From Trueperaceae bacterium (GTDB lineage Bacteria > Deinococcota > Deinococci > Deinococcales > Trueperaceae), in contig DASSXV010000069.1 of the NCBI GenBank assembly GCA_035703635.1, positions 1 through 64,000 of the forward strand: 64,000 nt of DNA, read 5' to 3'. Positions 50,014 to 60,605 of this stretch are shown piece after piece (within the stretch, counting starts at the first letter, position 1; each line of letters starts with the position of its first letter). The notes beneath the pieces are model-generated. The model saw only the letters and a program-made list of their open reading frames with translations. It made no database searches and was not told the origin of the DNA. Position numbers and translations under genes: made by a program.

Positions 50014-50015
50014 GA

Positions 50016-50453
50016 TTACTGCTCTGGCATCTTGAGGAGGCGCCTTAGCTCGGCGAGGAACTCCGCCTCTCCGGCGCTAACACGCGGGCGGAACAGGCCG
50101 CCAGATGCGTGAGACACGTGCCGCGCCAAGTCGTAGAGGAAGACCTTGAACTCGTCGCCCTCGGCGTCGTCCTTGACGAGTTCGCCGACCTCGGCAAGGC
50201 GCTTGAGGAGGCGTTCACGTGTAAGTGGCTCCTCGCTAGCGGTGTAGTCAGGCGCTTCCGTGCGTTGGAACACGGCGCTCACGAGGCCGTTGTGCGCGTA
50301 CTTGCGCTGCGCGTCGTAGAGGTAGCGGCCAGCGGCGAGGATCTCGCGGTAGTAGGCCACGACGCCAGTCCTGTCCGACGCGACGGTGGCTAACAGGACC
50401 TCGGCGGCTGCGTCGAGGAGGCTGTCCCGGGTGGCTTCGGGGTAATCGCTCAT
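50016..50453 (-). CDS. hypothetical helical protein (possibly TerB-like)
   Basis: EFKVFLYDLA..V..ASGG...RVSAGEAEFL.EL..LL; CATGAT 7 nt before ATG 50453. Confidence 0.7.
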   Translation of the reverse strand: MSDYPEATRDSLLDAAAEVLLATVASDRTGVVAYYREILAAGRYLYDAQRKYAHNGLVSAVFQRTEAPDYTASEEPLTRERLLKRLAEVGELVKDDAEGDEFKVFLYDLARHVSHASGGLFRPRVSAGEAEFLAELRRLLKMPEQ

Positions 50454-50519
50454 CACGCCGATCATGCCACGCGCTGGGGCCCCCGATCGTCCCAGCGCGA
50501 GCATGGCGGGAGTCGGCGC

Positions 50520-51341
50520 TCAGACCAGGCGGCGCCTGATGTTCGAACTGATGGCGTCGACGACGATGATGAACACCACGATGACGATGATGAACATCGA
50601 GACTTCAGCCCAGCGCCTGAACTGCAGTCGCTGAATGAGGGGCAGACCGATGCCGCCCGCGCCGACCATGCCGAGCACCGCGGCGGACCGCAAGTTGATC
50701 TCGAAGCGGTAAAGCACGTTGGACGCGAACTCTGGGAGCACCTGGGGCACGACCGCGAAGAGGAACGTGTGGAGCTGGTTCCCGCCTGCGGCCCTGATGG
50801 CCTCCATCGGGCCTTGATCGATGCCCTCGATGACGTCGGAGAACACCTTGCCGAGGTAACCGATCGAGTGGATGCCCATCGCCATGATGCCCGCCGTTGG
50901 CCCTGGGCCCGCCGCGGCAACGAAGATCACGGCCAGCACGATCTCAGGGAACGTGCGCACGGCCACCAGCACGGCCTTGCCAGGCAGCGCCCAGCGCGTG
51001 CCGCCCAAGAGGTTGCCGGCTGCAAGGAACGACATGGGGAACGCGAGAACGGCGCCGAGGATGGTGCCGAGGATGGCCATGAAGAACGTGGTGACCATCG
51101 AGTTCCACGCGAGTTCGAAGACGCTCGTCTCCGGCCGCACCAGGCCGCGAAGCAGCGGCATGGCGTTGCGCTGCAGGCCGCTAAGGACTCGCGACCAGGT
51201 CGGCAAGTTCATCGTCACCAACGCGAGGACGAAGAGTGCGACGAGGAGGGCAGCGCCGATGATCAAGAGGCTGCGGTTGCGGCGCACGCTCGCGGGCGCG
51301 CGCGGGATGTCTGTCGGGGGAGTCTGTAAGGTCTTGACCAT
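50520..51341 (-). CDS. phnE: phosphonate-type ABC transporter permease
   Basis: RTFPEIV, EGIDQGPMEA, YRFEINLRSAAVLGMVGAGGIG. Confidence 0.92.
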   Translation of the reverse strand: MVKTLQTPPTDIPRAPASVRRNRSLLIIGAALLVALFVLALVTMNLPTWSRVLSGLQRNAMPLLRGLVRPETSVFELAWNSMVTTFFMAILGTILGAVLAFPMSFLAAGNLLGGTRWALPGKAVLVAVRTFPEIVLAVIFVAAAGPGPTAGIMAMGIHSIGYLGKVFSDVIEGIDQGPMEAIRAAGGNQLHTFLFAVVPQVLPEFASNVLYRFEINLRSAAVLGMVGAGGIGLPLIQRLQFRRWAEVSMFIIVIVVFIIVVDAISSNIRRRLV

Positions 51342-51345
51342 GTTG

Positions 51346-52131
51346 CTAGATGAGCCGCGAGCGGGCCCAGACGCTGAACCCGTCGATGAGGAGGACGACA
51401 AGGAAGATCACGACGATGAGGGCGCCTAGGCCGGTGTAGTCGAAGAAGTTCAGGTAACGCTGCAGCAGTACGCCGATGCCTCCGGCGCCGACGAAGCCGA
51501 TGACCACGCTGGCGCGCACGTTGATCTCGAAAACGTAGAGGATGAAGGAGACCATGGTGGCAGCTACCTGCGGGACGACGGCGAAGACGATGGTGCGGTT
51601 ACGTCCCGCCCCGACCGCCCGCAACGCCTCGAGCGGGCCGGGATCGATCGACTCGACCGTCTCCGACCCGAGCTTGGCGAGCACGCCGATGGAGAAGAGC
51701 GTAAGGGCCACCACGCCTGGCAGCGCCCCGAGTCCGAGTACGGCCACGAACAGCGCCGCCCACAACAGGTCCGGAATGCTGCGCAGGACGGTCAACAGGG
51801 TGCGCGCCACCCACATGCTGATGGGGTCGATCGCCGTGTTGGCTGAAGCGAGGAAGATGAGCGGGATGGCGATGAGGCTGCCAACGACGGTGGCTACGTA
51901 AGCGATCTGGATGGTCTGCAGTAGCGGCGACCAGATCTGAGGCAGCGCGGTGAAGTCTGGCGCCATGCGCCCGAAGAAGCGGAAGAAGTCGGCCGCCCCC
52001 GTGAAGAGCGCGGGCAAGTTGAACTTCGTCGCCCTGAAGGCGAACAAGACGAGCACGGCAAAGACCGCCAGCGTGCCCCAGCTCTTGAGGCGCCTGGCAG
52101 CCTGCGGGCGCACGCTGTCTTGGCTAGACAC
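51346..52131 (-). CDS. phnE: phosphonate-type ABC transporter permease
   Basis: RSIPDL, ESIDPGPLEA, FEINVRASVVIGFVGAGGIG. Confidence 0.92.
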   Translation of the reverse strand: MSSQDSVRPQAARRLKSWGTLAVFAVLVLFAFRATKFNLPALFTGAADFFRFFGRMAPDFTALPQIWSPLLQTIQIAYVATVVGSLIAIPLIFLASANTAIDPISMWVARTLLTVLRSIPDLLWAALFVAVLGLGALPGVVALTLFSIGVLAKLGSETVESIDPGPLEALRAVGAGRNRTIVFAVVPQVAATMVSFILYVFEINVRASVVIGFVGAGGIGVLLQRYLNFFDYTGLGALIVVIFLVVLLIDGFSVWARSRLI

Positions 52132-52894
52132 CCCGGAGGTCCTTGTCGTCGATGGGGCGACCGTAGATGTCCTCGAAGGCGGCGTCCGTCGCCTCGTCAG
52201 GCGTGCCGTCGAACACGACGAGGCCGTCGCGCATGCCGATGATGCGGTCTGCGTAGTCGCGGGCCATGTCGATGAAGTGCAGGTTCACCAGTGTCGTTAT
52301 GCCGTCCTCCCTAGCGATGCGCTTGAGGTCAGACATGACGGCGTGCGAGGTGGGCGGGTCGAGGCTGGCGACGGGCTCGTCGGCGAGCATGACGGTCGGT
52401 CGTTGCGCCAGGGCGCGGGCGATGCCAACACGCTGCTGCTGGCCGCCAGAGAGCGCGTCTGCCCTCACGTAGGCCTTCTCCGGGATCCCAACGCGCCGCA
52501 GGCAGTCGTGCGCGTAGGCGAGGTCCTCGCGTGGAAACGCGCCCAGCACGCCACGCCACGCTGGTAGGTCGCCGAGGCGACCAGCTAGCACGTTGCGGAT
52601 GACGCTAGAGCGCTTCACCAGGTTGAAGGTCTGGAAGATCATGCCGATGTCTGAGCGCGCACGCCTAAGCGCCTGGCCGCGCGCGGCCGTGACGTTGGTG
52701 CCAGCCACGGTCACGTGGCCGGTCGACGGCGCGACCAGGTTGTTGACGGTGCGGATGAGGGTAGATTTACCCGCGCCCGACAAGCCGACGACAACGACGA
52801 ACTGACCCTGAGGGACTTGCAGACTCACGCCCTTGAGGGCCTTGAGTCCAGTCTTGTAGATGACTTCGACGTTTTCGAACTCGATATGTGCCAC
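52124..52894 (-). CDS. phnC: phosphonate-type ABC transporter ATP-binding protein
   Basis: GLSGAGKST, LSGGQQQRVGIARAL, LADEPVASLDP, VNLH. Confidence 0.93.
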   Translation of the reverse strand: MAHIEFENVEVIYKTGLKALKGVSLQVPQGQFVVVVGLSGAGKSTLIRTVNNLVAPSTGHVTVAGTNVTAARGQALRRARSDIGMIFQTFNLVKRSSVIRNVLAGRLGDLPAWRGVLGAFPREDLAYAHDCLRRVGIPEKAYVRADALSGGQQQRVGIARALAQRPTVMLADEPVASLDPPTSHAVMSDLKRIAREDGITTLVNLHFIDMARDYADRIIGMRDGLVVFDGTPDEATDAAFEDIYGRPIDDKDLRGV

Positions 52895-52917
52895 GACGGG
52901 ACAACGCTACACGGAAA

Positions 52918-52947
52918 CGGGCGACCAGGGATAGACCCGGCCGCCCG
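52918..52947 (-). terminator. hairpin after phnD (partial terminator or mRNA-stabilising stem)
   Basis: CGGGCGGCCGGG-TCTATC-CCTGGTCGCCCG followed by TTT on the minus strand. Confidence 0.55.
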
Positions 52948-52981
52948 CAATCTGTGAACTAGGCGCCAGAGCGCCCGAGAA

Positions 52982-53863
52982 CTACCGCTGGAAGGTCTTG
53001 GAGACCTCGCGAACGATGTCGTACGCGGACGCGTCAACGCGAGCGAAGTCGGTCACGTTGAAGAGCGTCTTGGTGAGTTCCTTGCCTTCCGGCGTGCTGG
53101 CGATGTCGATGAGCGCGTCTGCGATCTGGTCGACGAGTTGCGGGTCGAGACCCTTGCGCACGACGGCGCCGTCGTTCGGGATGTAATCGGAGTAACCGAG
53201 GATGCACACGACGTCCTTGACGTCTGGGTACTCGGCCTCGATGGTCTCGCGGCCGTCAGAGCCTGGGCTGCCACCGAAGGTGACGGAAACGTCGACGTCA
53301 CCGTTGTAGACGGCGAGGGCGGACGCGTCGTGCGAGCCGGCGAAGATGGAGGTCATCTCCGTGTCAGGGTCGATGCCGTACGTGTTCTTGAGGGTGACGT
53401 ACGGGAACTGGTAACCGGAAGCGGAGCCCGGATCGACGAAGGCGATGGTCTTGCCGCGGAGCTGCTCGAAGGTCGTGATGCCGCTGTCGCAACGCACGTT
53501 GAACTGCGCGCGGTACGCGGTGGCGCCTTGACGCACGGAGGCCAGGATGACCTGGGCGCCGTAGTTGTCGACGGCCTGAACGAGTGCGGCTGGCCCGAAG
53601 AGCCCGATGTCGACGCGACCGGTGCCGACGGCTTCTACGAGGCCGACGAAGTTGGTCGAAACGAAGGTCTCGACGGGGATGAGGAGGCGCTCGGAGAGCA
53701 TGGCGGCGATCGGGTCAAGGCTATCGACGATGGTGTCGGCCTCGCGGCTAGGCACCATGCCCAAGATGAGCTTGGCAGGTACGTCGCCTTGTGCGCTGGC
53801 GGTGCCCATGAAGAGCGTGGCGCCTAGCACGACGGCAATAAGGGTTGAGAACAGTCGCTTCAA
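52982..53863 (-). CDS. phnD: phosphate/phosphite/phosphonate ABC substrate-binding protein
   Basis: Signal peptide, DPGSASGYQFP, GSHDAS.LAV..G.VD, IPND; GGAGG before TTG. Confidence 0.9.
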   Translation of the reverse strand: MKRLFSTLIAVVLGATLFMGTASAQGDVPAKLILGMVPSREADTIVDSLDPIAAMLSERLLIPVETFVSTNFVGLVEAVGTGRVDIGLFGPAALVQAVDNYGAQVILASVRQGATAYRAQFNVRCDSGITTFEQLRGKTIAFVDPGSASGYQFPYVTLKNTYGIDPDTEMTSIFAGSHDASALAVYNGDVDVSVTFGGSPGSDGRETIEAEYPDVKDVVCILGYSDYIPNDGAVVRKGLDPQLVDQIADALIDIASTPEGKELTKTLFNVTDFARVDASAYDIVREVSKTFQR

Positions 53864-54048
53864 GTGGTTTCCTCCGACGTTCGTAATCGAGGCGTAACGC
53901 GGTGAGCGGACCGCCCGCTTCGCCGTGTTCGTGCCTGCGCGGGAGCAAGAGTAGCACGGGCGCGCGCGCCGTTACATCACTCTTTGTTAAGAGTCTCACA
54001 CAGCCTGATGGTTGCGGCCAGCACGCCGTTAAGTGAGCCTGATGCTGG

Positions 54049-54792
54049 TCAACGCCGCCCTGGTGGCAGCGGCCGCGCACCCGTTCCAACGGCCACGGCT
54101 GCGGCTACCAGCGCATCGGTCGACGAGATGAGTGGAACGCCAACTCCGGCGGCTGCTAGGTCGCTCGAGCGCAACACGAGGGGGACTTCTGTGCAGCCAG
54201 CGACGATGGCCGCCGCGCCGTCCGCCACCAGCTCTGTGGCCAACGCCAGCATCGCCGCGCGCACGTCCTCACCCACCTCGCCCCCCTTTACGCGGTAGAG
54301 GAGGTCCATGAAACGGGCCCGGCTCTCCCCGCTCGGCTCGCTTACGCTCACGCCGCGCCCTAGGAACGCCGTGGCGTAGAGGCGGGCGTCTTGCGCCCCT
54401 GCGGCCGCGAGGACGCCCACCCGCGTCGCGCCGGGCGCCGCGGCCAGGGTGGCAGCGACCGTCTCGTCGATGATGCTGACCAGCGGTGCCCGCACCGCCT
54501 CCACGATGTCGTCGGCGTAGGCGTGGGCCGTGTTGCACACCATGAACAGGACTTCGGCCCCGGCGGCCTCCAGGCGTCTCGCCATGTCGGCGAGCCGCGG
54601 CCCTGGGCTGGGGCCGACTCCCGCCACCGCCTCGTTGCGGTTGGGTACGCGCGGGTCGGAGAGCAGCACGAGGTGGAGGTGGTCGCTGTCGCCGCGGGCC
54701 GGCGTTGCCGCCACGACCTTGGCGTAGAAATCGACGCTGGCAGCCGGCCCGAGTCCGCCGATGATGCCGAGCACTGGCCGGCGCCCCTGCAT
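54049..54792 (-). CDS. Asp/Glu-family (two-cysteine) amino acid racemase
   Basis: GIIGGLGPAAS, CNTAH, GCTE; TGATG overlap with the upstream lyase. Confidence 0.9.
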   Translation of the reverse strand: MQGRRPVLGIIGGLGPAASVDFYAKVVAATPARGDSDHLHLVLLSDPRVPNRNEAVAGVGPSPGPRLADMARRLEAAGAEVLFMVCNTAHAYADDIVEAVRAPLVSIIDETVAATLAAAPGATRVGVLAAAGAQDARLYATAFLGRGVSVSEPSGESRARFMDLLYRVKGGEVGEDVRAAMLALATELVADGAAAIVAGCTEVPLVLRSSDLAAAGVGVPLISSTDALVAAAVAVGTGARPLPPGRR

Positions 54793-55790
54793 CAACCGAC
54801 CAGCACGTCCTGGTAGGCGTACAGCGCCGGGCTGCCGCCCGTATGGAGGAAGACGACGTTGTCGTGCCGCTCGAACGCACCGCTGCGCACGAGGTCGATG
54901 AGCCCAGCCGCCGCCTTGCCTGAGTAGACGGGGTCGAGGAGCACACCCTCGAAGCGCGCGAACAGCTTCACGGCCTCGACCATGCCCGGAGTAGGGATGG
55001 AGTAGCCGCCGCCGACGTAACCGTCCAGCACCTCGATGTCGGCCGCCGTCGGGAGCCGCTCGGAGCCAGCCAGTTCCGCCGTGGCGCGGGCCAGGCCGAG
55101 GATCTTCTCTTCCTGCGGCGCCTTCGGCGCACGCACGCTGATGCCAGTGACGGGTACGCCAGCGCTCGTGCCAGTCAGGCCAGCCACCACGCCGGAGTGC
55201 GTGCCGCCGCTGCCGCTGGCCGTCACGAGGCGCGTGACGTTCAAGCCGAGGTCGAACGCCTGCTGCATCAGCTCCTGGGCGCACGCTACGTAGCCGAGCG
55301 CGCCTAGCGGGTTGGAACCGCCGCCCGGGATGACGTACGCCTTGCGCCCGAGAGCTGCCACCTCGCCCGCCACCACCTGCATGGCCGCGTTCAGGTCGGT
55401 GCCTGCCGGCACGACCGTCACGGCCTCTACCCCCAGTAGGTTGAAGAGGAAGTTGTTGCCGCTCGCCTGCACGTCGTAGCTGTTCGGCACGCGCTCCTCG
55501 AGCACGAGGCGGCACGAGAGCCCCTCGTGGACGGCGGCGGCGAGCGTCAAGCGGCAGTGATTCGACTGCACGGCGCCGGTCGTCACCAACGTGTCAGCGC
55601 CCTGTTCCAAGGCGTCAGCTACCAGGAACTCGAGCTTGCGGGTCTTGTTCCCGCCAGCTGCCAGTCCAAGGAGGTCGTCGCGCTTGAGCCATAAGTTCGG
55701 GCCGCCAAGGTGCGCGCTAAGGCGCGGGAGAGGCTCGAGAGGCGTTGGGCCTTGGGTGTAGTGGCGACGGGGGAAACGAGAGAGTTGCAT
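54792..55790 (-). CDS. dcyD: PLP-dependent D-cysteine desulfhydrase / D-cysteate sulfo-lyase family
   Basis: KRDD, GGNKTRKLEFL, QSNHCR, SGSGGT, DPVYSGKA, HTGG. Confidence 0.88.
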   Translation of the reverse strand: MQLSRFPRRHYTQGPTPLEPLPRLSAHLGGPNLWLKRDDLLGLAAGGNKTRKLEFLVADALEQGADTLVTTGAVQSNHCRLTLAAAVHEGLSCRLVLEERVPNSYDVQASGNNFLFNLLGVEAVTVVPAGTDLNAAMQVVAGEVAALGRKAYVIPGGGSNPLGALGYVACAQELMQQAFDLGLNVTRLVTASGSGGTHSGVVAGLTGTSAGVPVTGISVRAPKAPQEEKILGLARATAELAGSERLPTAADIEVLDGYVGGGYSIPTPGMVEAVKLFARFEGVLLDPVYSGKAAAGLIDLVRSGAFERHDNVVFLHTGGSPALYAYQDVLVG

Positions 55791-55922
55791 GCTGCATCAT
55801 AAGTGCCGAACGCGGCGCCACAGCACCCGCCAGGGTTGGAAAAACACCGCGGACTTAGGGGGTATGCTCACGCATCGCGCTTGGCACGTGCTCCCGCGTC
55901 ACGCGTCTCGAGGAGAGTAGGC

Positions 55923-56936
55923 ATGACCATCTCACTGCATGAAGCCACGCTAGCAGCGGCTCAGCCAGGGGCCGGTGCCTTCGCGCCGCTGGCGCGCAAC
56001 GAAGGCATGGCGCTTGAACTCGATTGGGTCGAGGGCGTGCGCGTCAACCGCAGCGCCGTCGAACGCCGCGCGGCCACGCTCACCACGCGGCGCAGCGTCA
56101 AGAAGGAGTGGCAGGCAGCTTGGCTGCTCAAGGCCATCACCCTCATCGACCTGACGACCCTGGCTGGCGACGACACCGTCGGCCGCGTTAGGCGCCTGTG
56201 CGCCAAGGCCGTCCAGCCCGTCCGCCACGACCTGCTCGAAGACCTCGGCATGAGCGCCGTGCGCATCACCACCGGCGCAGTGTGCGTTTACCACGACATG
56301 GTTCCCGCCGCGGTCGCGGCCCTGCGCGGCAGCGGCGTGCCCGTTGCCGCCGTCTCGACGGGCTTCCCCGCTGGCCTGTCGCCGCTGGACACCCGCGTCG
56401 AAGAGATCCGCCGCTCGGTAGCTGAAGGGGCGGACGAGATCGACATCGTCATCTCCCGCCGCCTCGCGCTCGCGCACGACTGGGAGGCGCTTTACGACGA
56501 GTTGCTCCTCTTCCGCGAGGCTTGCGGGCCAGCGCACATGAAGGCCATCCTCGCGACCGGCGAGTTGGGCACGCTCCGCAACGTCTACAGCGCAAGCCTG
56601 GTTGCCATGATGGCCGGCGCTGACTTCATCAAGACCTCGACGGGCAAGGAGACCGAGAACGCGACCCTGCCAGTCAGCCTCGTGATGACCCGCGCCATCC
56701 GTGAGTATCACGAGCGCAGCGGCTACGCCGTCGGCTTCAAGCCGGCCGGTGGGCTGCGCACCGCCAAGGACGCCCTCAACTGGCTCGTGCTCATGAGAGA
56801 GGAGCTCGGCCGGCGCTGGCTCGAGCCTGACCTCTTTCGCATGGGCGCCAGTTCGCTCCTCGCGGACATCGAACGTCAACTCGAGCACCACGTAACGGGC
56901 CGTTACTCCGCCACCTACCGCCACCCCCTCGGCTGA
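55923..56936 (+). CDS. deoC: deoxyribose-phosphate aldolase (long type)
   Basis: IDLTTL.GDDT, VSTGFP.G, EIDIVI, FIKTSTGK, GFKPAGG, R.GASSLL; AGGAG before ATG 55923. Confidence 0.95.
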   Translation: MTISLHEATLAAAQPGAGAFAPLARNEGMALELDWVEGVRVNRSAVERRAATLTTRRSVKKEWQAAWLLKAITLIDLTTLAGDDTVGRVRRLCAKAVQPVRHDLLEDLGMSAVRITTGAVCVYHDMVPAAVAALRGSGVPVAAVSTGFPAGLSPLDTRVEEIRRSVAEGADEIDIVISRRLALAHDWEALYDELLLFREACGPAHMKAILATGELGTLRNVYSASLVAMMAGADFIKTSTGKETENATLPVSLVMTRAIREYHERSGYAVGFKPAGGLRTAKDALNWLVLMREELGRRWLEPDLFRMGASSLLADIERQLEHHVTGRYSATYRHPLG

Positions 56937-56967
56937 TGGGGTTCGCGAGCACAAGGAGCCTCCGAGC

Positions 56968-59373
56968 ATGAGCATCAAGGAGATCTTCGAGACCCTGGAT
57001 TACGGTCCAGCACCTGAGGCCACCGACGTCGCGAGCGACTGGCTGGAACGCCACGGTAGACGCTTCGGGCACTTCATCGGCGGGCGCTTCGTCAAGCCTG
57101 CTGGGGGAGAGACGTTCGCCACCTACCACCCTGGCGACGCGCGCGAACTAGCACAAGTCGCGCAGGGCGACGAGCGCGACGTAGCCAAGGCAGTCAAGGC
57201 CGCCCGCGCTGCGCAGGGCGCCTGGCAGGAGCTGGGCGGCCATGAACGCGCCCGTTACCTCTACGCACTCGCGCGGCACGTGCAGAAGCACGCGCGGCTA
57301 CTGGCGGTCCTCGAGGCGCTCGACAACGGCAAGCCCATTCGCGAGACGCGCGACCTGGACGTGCCGCTCGTTGCGCGCCACTTCTACCACCACGCTGGTT
57401 GGGCGCAACTCCTGGAGAGCGAGTTCCCCGCCTACACCGCCGTTGGCGTGTGCGCGCAGATCATCCCGTGGAACTTCCCGCTACTCATGCTCGCCTGGAA
57501 GGTAGCTCCGGCGCTTGCCGCAGGCAACACCGTGGTCCTCAAGCCGGCCGAGTTCACGCCGCTAACAGCGCTGCTCTTCGCCGAACTGGCCGCCGAGGTC
57601 GGGCTGCCAGCAGGGGTCTTCAACGTCGTGACCGGCGATGGTCGCACTGGTGCCGCCCTCGTTGACGCGGAGGGTATCGACAAGGTCGCGTTCACCGGCT
57701 CGACCGAGGTCGGGCGCAGCATCCGCAAGGCAACCGCTGGCCGCGGCTTGAAGCTCTCGCTCGAGCTGGGCGGCAAGTCGCCGTTCATCGTGTTCGACGA
57801 TGCCGACATAGACAGCGCGGTCGAGGGCGTCGTCGACGCCATCTGGTTCAACCAGGGGCAAGTCTGCTGCGCAGGCAGCAGGCTGCTCGTGCAGGAGAGC
57901 GTGGCCGCGCGGCTCGAGGCCAAGCTCATCGCGCGCATGGAGTCGCTGCGCGAGGGTCCGCCCCTCGACAAGGGCATCGACATCGGCGCCATCATCGCGC
58001 CGGTGCAGCTCTCTAAGATCGAACGCCTCGTGGCCCAGGGCCGTGAGGAGGGCGCGCGCTGCTACCAACCCAGTTGGAGCGCCCCGAAGGACGGTTGGTA
58101 CTACCCCCCGACGCTCTTCACCGACGTCTCCCCAGCCGCCACCATCGCCCAGGAGGAGATCTTCGGGCCCGTGATCGTCAGCATGACGTTCCGCACGCCG
58201 GCAGAGGCCGTCGAACTGGCCAACGACACGCGCTACGGCCTTGCCGCCAGCGTGTGGACCGAGAACGTCAACCTCGCCCTCGACATCGCGCCCCGCCTGA
58301 AGGCGGGCGTGGTGTGGGTCAACTGCACGAACCAGTTCGACGCTGCCGCTGGCTTCGGTGGCTACCGCGAGAGCGGCTTCGGGCGCGAGGGCGGCCGCGA
58401 AGGCATGTTCGAGTACCTCAAGCCGCGGTACGAAGGTGGTTTGACGCGCTACGCCGCCACCGACCTGGCGGACCCCGCCGCCGCGGCGGACATCACCGCC
58501 GGCCTGGATGAGGCGACCGCGCCGCTAGGCATCGACCGCACCCCGAAGCTCTACATCGGAGGTAAGCAGAAGCGCCCAGACGGCAATTACGCCTATCCAG
58601 TGGTCAGCGCCACGGGCGTCCGCGTCGGCGACGCGCCGCTCGGCAACCGCAAGGACGTGCGTGACGCCGTCGAGGCGGCCGTCAAGGGCACTGCCTGGAC
58701 CAAGGCCACGGCCCACGGCCGCGCGCAAGTCCTCTACTACGTGGCTGAGAACCTCAGCGCGCGCGCGCCCGAGTTCGAGGCGCGCGTCCGCAGCCTGACC
58801 GGCGTCACGCGCCGCGCGGCCGCGCGCGAGGTAAGCAAGAGCGTCGAGCGCCTCTTCTCGGCCGCGGCGTACGCTGACAAGTACGACGGCAGCGTGCACC
58901 CCACGTCCATGCGCAACGTCACGCTGGCCATGAACGAGCCTTTCGACGTCCTCGCCATCGTCTGCCCTGACGAAGCGCCGCTGCTGGCTTTCGTTTCCCT
59001 GGTAGCGCCCGCGCTGGCCATGGGCAACCGCGTGGTGGCCGTGCCTAGCGCGCGCTGGCCGCTCCTCGCCACCGACCTCTACCAAGTGTTCGACACCTCA
59101 GACGTGCCTGGCGGCGCGATCAACATCGTCACCGGCGTGCGCGACGAGCTCGCGCAGGTCCTGGCGAGGCACGACGCGGTGGAGGCCATGTGGTACCTGG
59201 GCTCCGCCGCCGGCAGCGCCATGGTCGAACGCGAGAGCGCAGGCAACCTCAAGGCCACCTGGGTGAACAGCGGCAAGCAGCGCGATTGGTACGACGACGC
59301 GCAGGCGGCGGGCCCCGAGCTCCTGCGCCGCGCGACGCGCGTGAAGAACGTCTGGGTCCCGTATGGCGAGTGA
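56968..59373 (+). CDS. ALDH16-type two-domain aldehyde dehydrogenase
   Basis: [32 protein letters not shown], followed by a second ALDH-like domain lacking these catalytic motifs. Confidence 0.92.
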   Translation: MSIKEIFETLDYGPAPEATDVASDWLERHGRRFGHFIGGRFVKPAGGETFATYHPGDARELAQVAQGDERDVAKAVKAARAAQGAWQELGGHERARYLYALARHVQKHARLLAVLEALDNGKPIRETRDLDVPLVARHFYHHAGWAQLLESEFPAYTAVGVCAQIIPWNFPLLMLAWKVAPALAAGNTVVLKPAEFTPLTALLFAELAAEVGLPAGVFNVVTGDGRTGAALVDAEGIDKVAFTGSTEVGRSIRKATAGRGLKLSLELGGKSPFIVFDDADIDSAVEGVVDAIWFNQGQVCCAGSRLLVQESVAARLEAKLIARMESLREGPPLDKGIDIGAIIAPVQLSKIERLVAQGREEGARCYQPSWSAPKDGWYYPPTLFTDVSPAATIAQEEIFGPVIVSMTFRTPAEAVELANDTRYGLAASVWTENVNLALDIAPRLKAGVVWVNCTNQFDAAAGFGGYRESGFGREGGREGMFEYLKPRYEGGLTRYAATDLADPAAAADITAGLDEATAPLGIDRTPKLYIGGKQKRPDGNYAYPVVSATGVRVGDAPLGNRKDVRDAVEAAVKGTAWTKATAHGRAQVLYYVAENLSARAPEFEARVRSLTGVTRRAAAREVSKSVERLFSAAAYADKYDGSVHPTSMRNVTLAMNEPFDVLAIVCPDEAPLLAFVSLVAPALAMGNRVVAVPSARWPLLATDLYQVFDTSDVPGGAINIVTGVRDELAQVLARHDAVEAMWYLGSAAGSAMVERESAGNLKATWVNSGKQRDWYDDAQAAGPELLRRATRVKNVWVPYGE

Positions 59374-60574
59374 TCGCGCTGCCTTCCTCGGCGGGCTTAG
59401 CGATCAACTAGCCGAGCTGCGCGCGGAAGGCCTCTACAAGGGCGAGCGCATCATCGCCTCGCAGCAGCAGGCGCTCATCGAGGTGGCGGAGGGCGGCGCC
59501 AGGCGCGAGGTTCTCAACCTGTGCGCGAACAACTACCTCGGGCTGGCGAACCACCCGGACGTCATCCGCGCCGCGCAACGCGGCCTCGATGAACGCGGTT
59601 TCGGGGTGGCGTCCGTGCGCTTCATCTGCGGCACGCAAGACATCCACAAGGAACTCGAGGCCCGCCTCAGCGCATTCCTCGGCACGGACGACACCATCCT
59701 CTACTCCTCGTGCTTCGACGCCAATGGCGGCCTCTTCGAGACCCTCCTCGGTGAGGGGGACGCCATCATCTCCGACTCCCTCAACCACGCGAGCATCATC
59801 GACGGCGTGCGCCTGTCGAAGGCCGTCCGCTACCGTTACGCCAACAACGACATGGCCGACCTCGAGCGTCAACTGCAGGCCGCCGTCGCTGCGGGCGCAC
59901 GCTACAAACTCATCGCCACGGACGGTGTGTTCTCGATGGACGGCATCATCGCCGACCTAGAGGCCATCTGCGACTTGGCCGATGAGTACGACGCTCTCGT
60001 CATGGTCGACGACAGCCACGCCACCGGATTCACGGGCGAGGCGGGTCGCGGGTCTCACGAGGAGCGCGGGGTCATGGGGCGCGTCGACATCCTGACCGGC
60101 ACCCTCGGCAAGGCCCTCGGCGGCGCTTCTGGTGGTTACACGAGCGGTCGTAAGGAGATCGTGGCGTGGCTGCGGCAGCGCAGCAGGCCTTACCTGTTCT
60201 CCAACTCGTTGGCGCCGAGCGTGGTTGCCGCTTCGTTGCAGGTCCTCAACATGCTCGAGGACGGCGCAGAGTTGCGCGAGCGGCTACGCGCCAACGCTAG
60301 CTACTTCCGTGGCGCCATGACCGCCGCTGGTTTCACGCTGGTTGGGGAGGGCCACCCGATCATACCGGTCATGCTCGGCGACGCCGCGCTGGCTGGCCGC
60401 ATGGCTGAGCGCTTGCTTGACCTCGGCATCTACGTCGTGGCCTTCTCGTTCCCCGTGGTTCCGCGCGGCGCGGCGCGCATTCGTACCCAGATGTCTGCCG
60501 CCCACACGCGGGACCAACTCGAGCACGCCGTCGCTGCGTTCACGCAGGTGGGTAGGGAACTCGGCGCCATCTGA
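59363..60574 (+). CDS. kbl: 2-amino-3-ketobutyrate CoA ligase
   Basis: [46 protein letters not shown]. Confidence 0.96.
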   Translation: MASDRAAFLGGLSDQLAELRAEGLYKGERIIASQQQALIEVAEGGARREVLNLCANNYLGLANHPDVIRAAQRGLDERGFGVASVRFICGTQDIHKELEARLSAFLGTDDTILYSSCFDANGGLFETLLGEGDAIISDSLNHASIIDGVRLSKAVRYRYANNDMADLERQLQAAVAAGARYKLIATDGVFSMDGIIADLEAICDLADEYDALVMVDDSHATGFTGEAGRGSHEERGVMGRVDILTGTLGKALGGASGGYTSGRKEIVAWLRQRSRPYLFSNSLAPSVVAASLQVLNMLEDGAELRERLRANASYFRGAMTAAGFTLVGEGHPIIPVMLGDAALAGRMAERLLDLGIYVVAFSFPVVPRGAARIRTQMSAAHTRDQLEHAVAAFTQVGRELGAI

Positions 60575-60605
60575 GCGCGCACATGCCGGGAGGAAACCGA
60601 AAGTC

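Noticed and set aside
54049-55515. 488-aa ORF suggesting a fused or frameshifted racemase
   Set aside because: The first 241 codons are an off-frame shadow of the lyase; the racemase starts at the TGATG overlap (54792).
54792-55790. ACC deaminase call
   Set aside because: It has Ser (DPVYS) and Thr (HTGG) where ACC deaminases have Glu and Leu.
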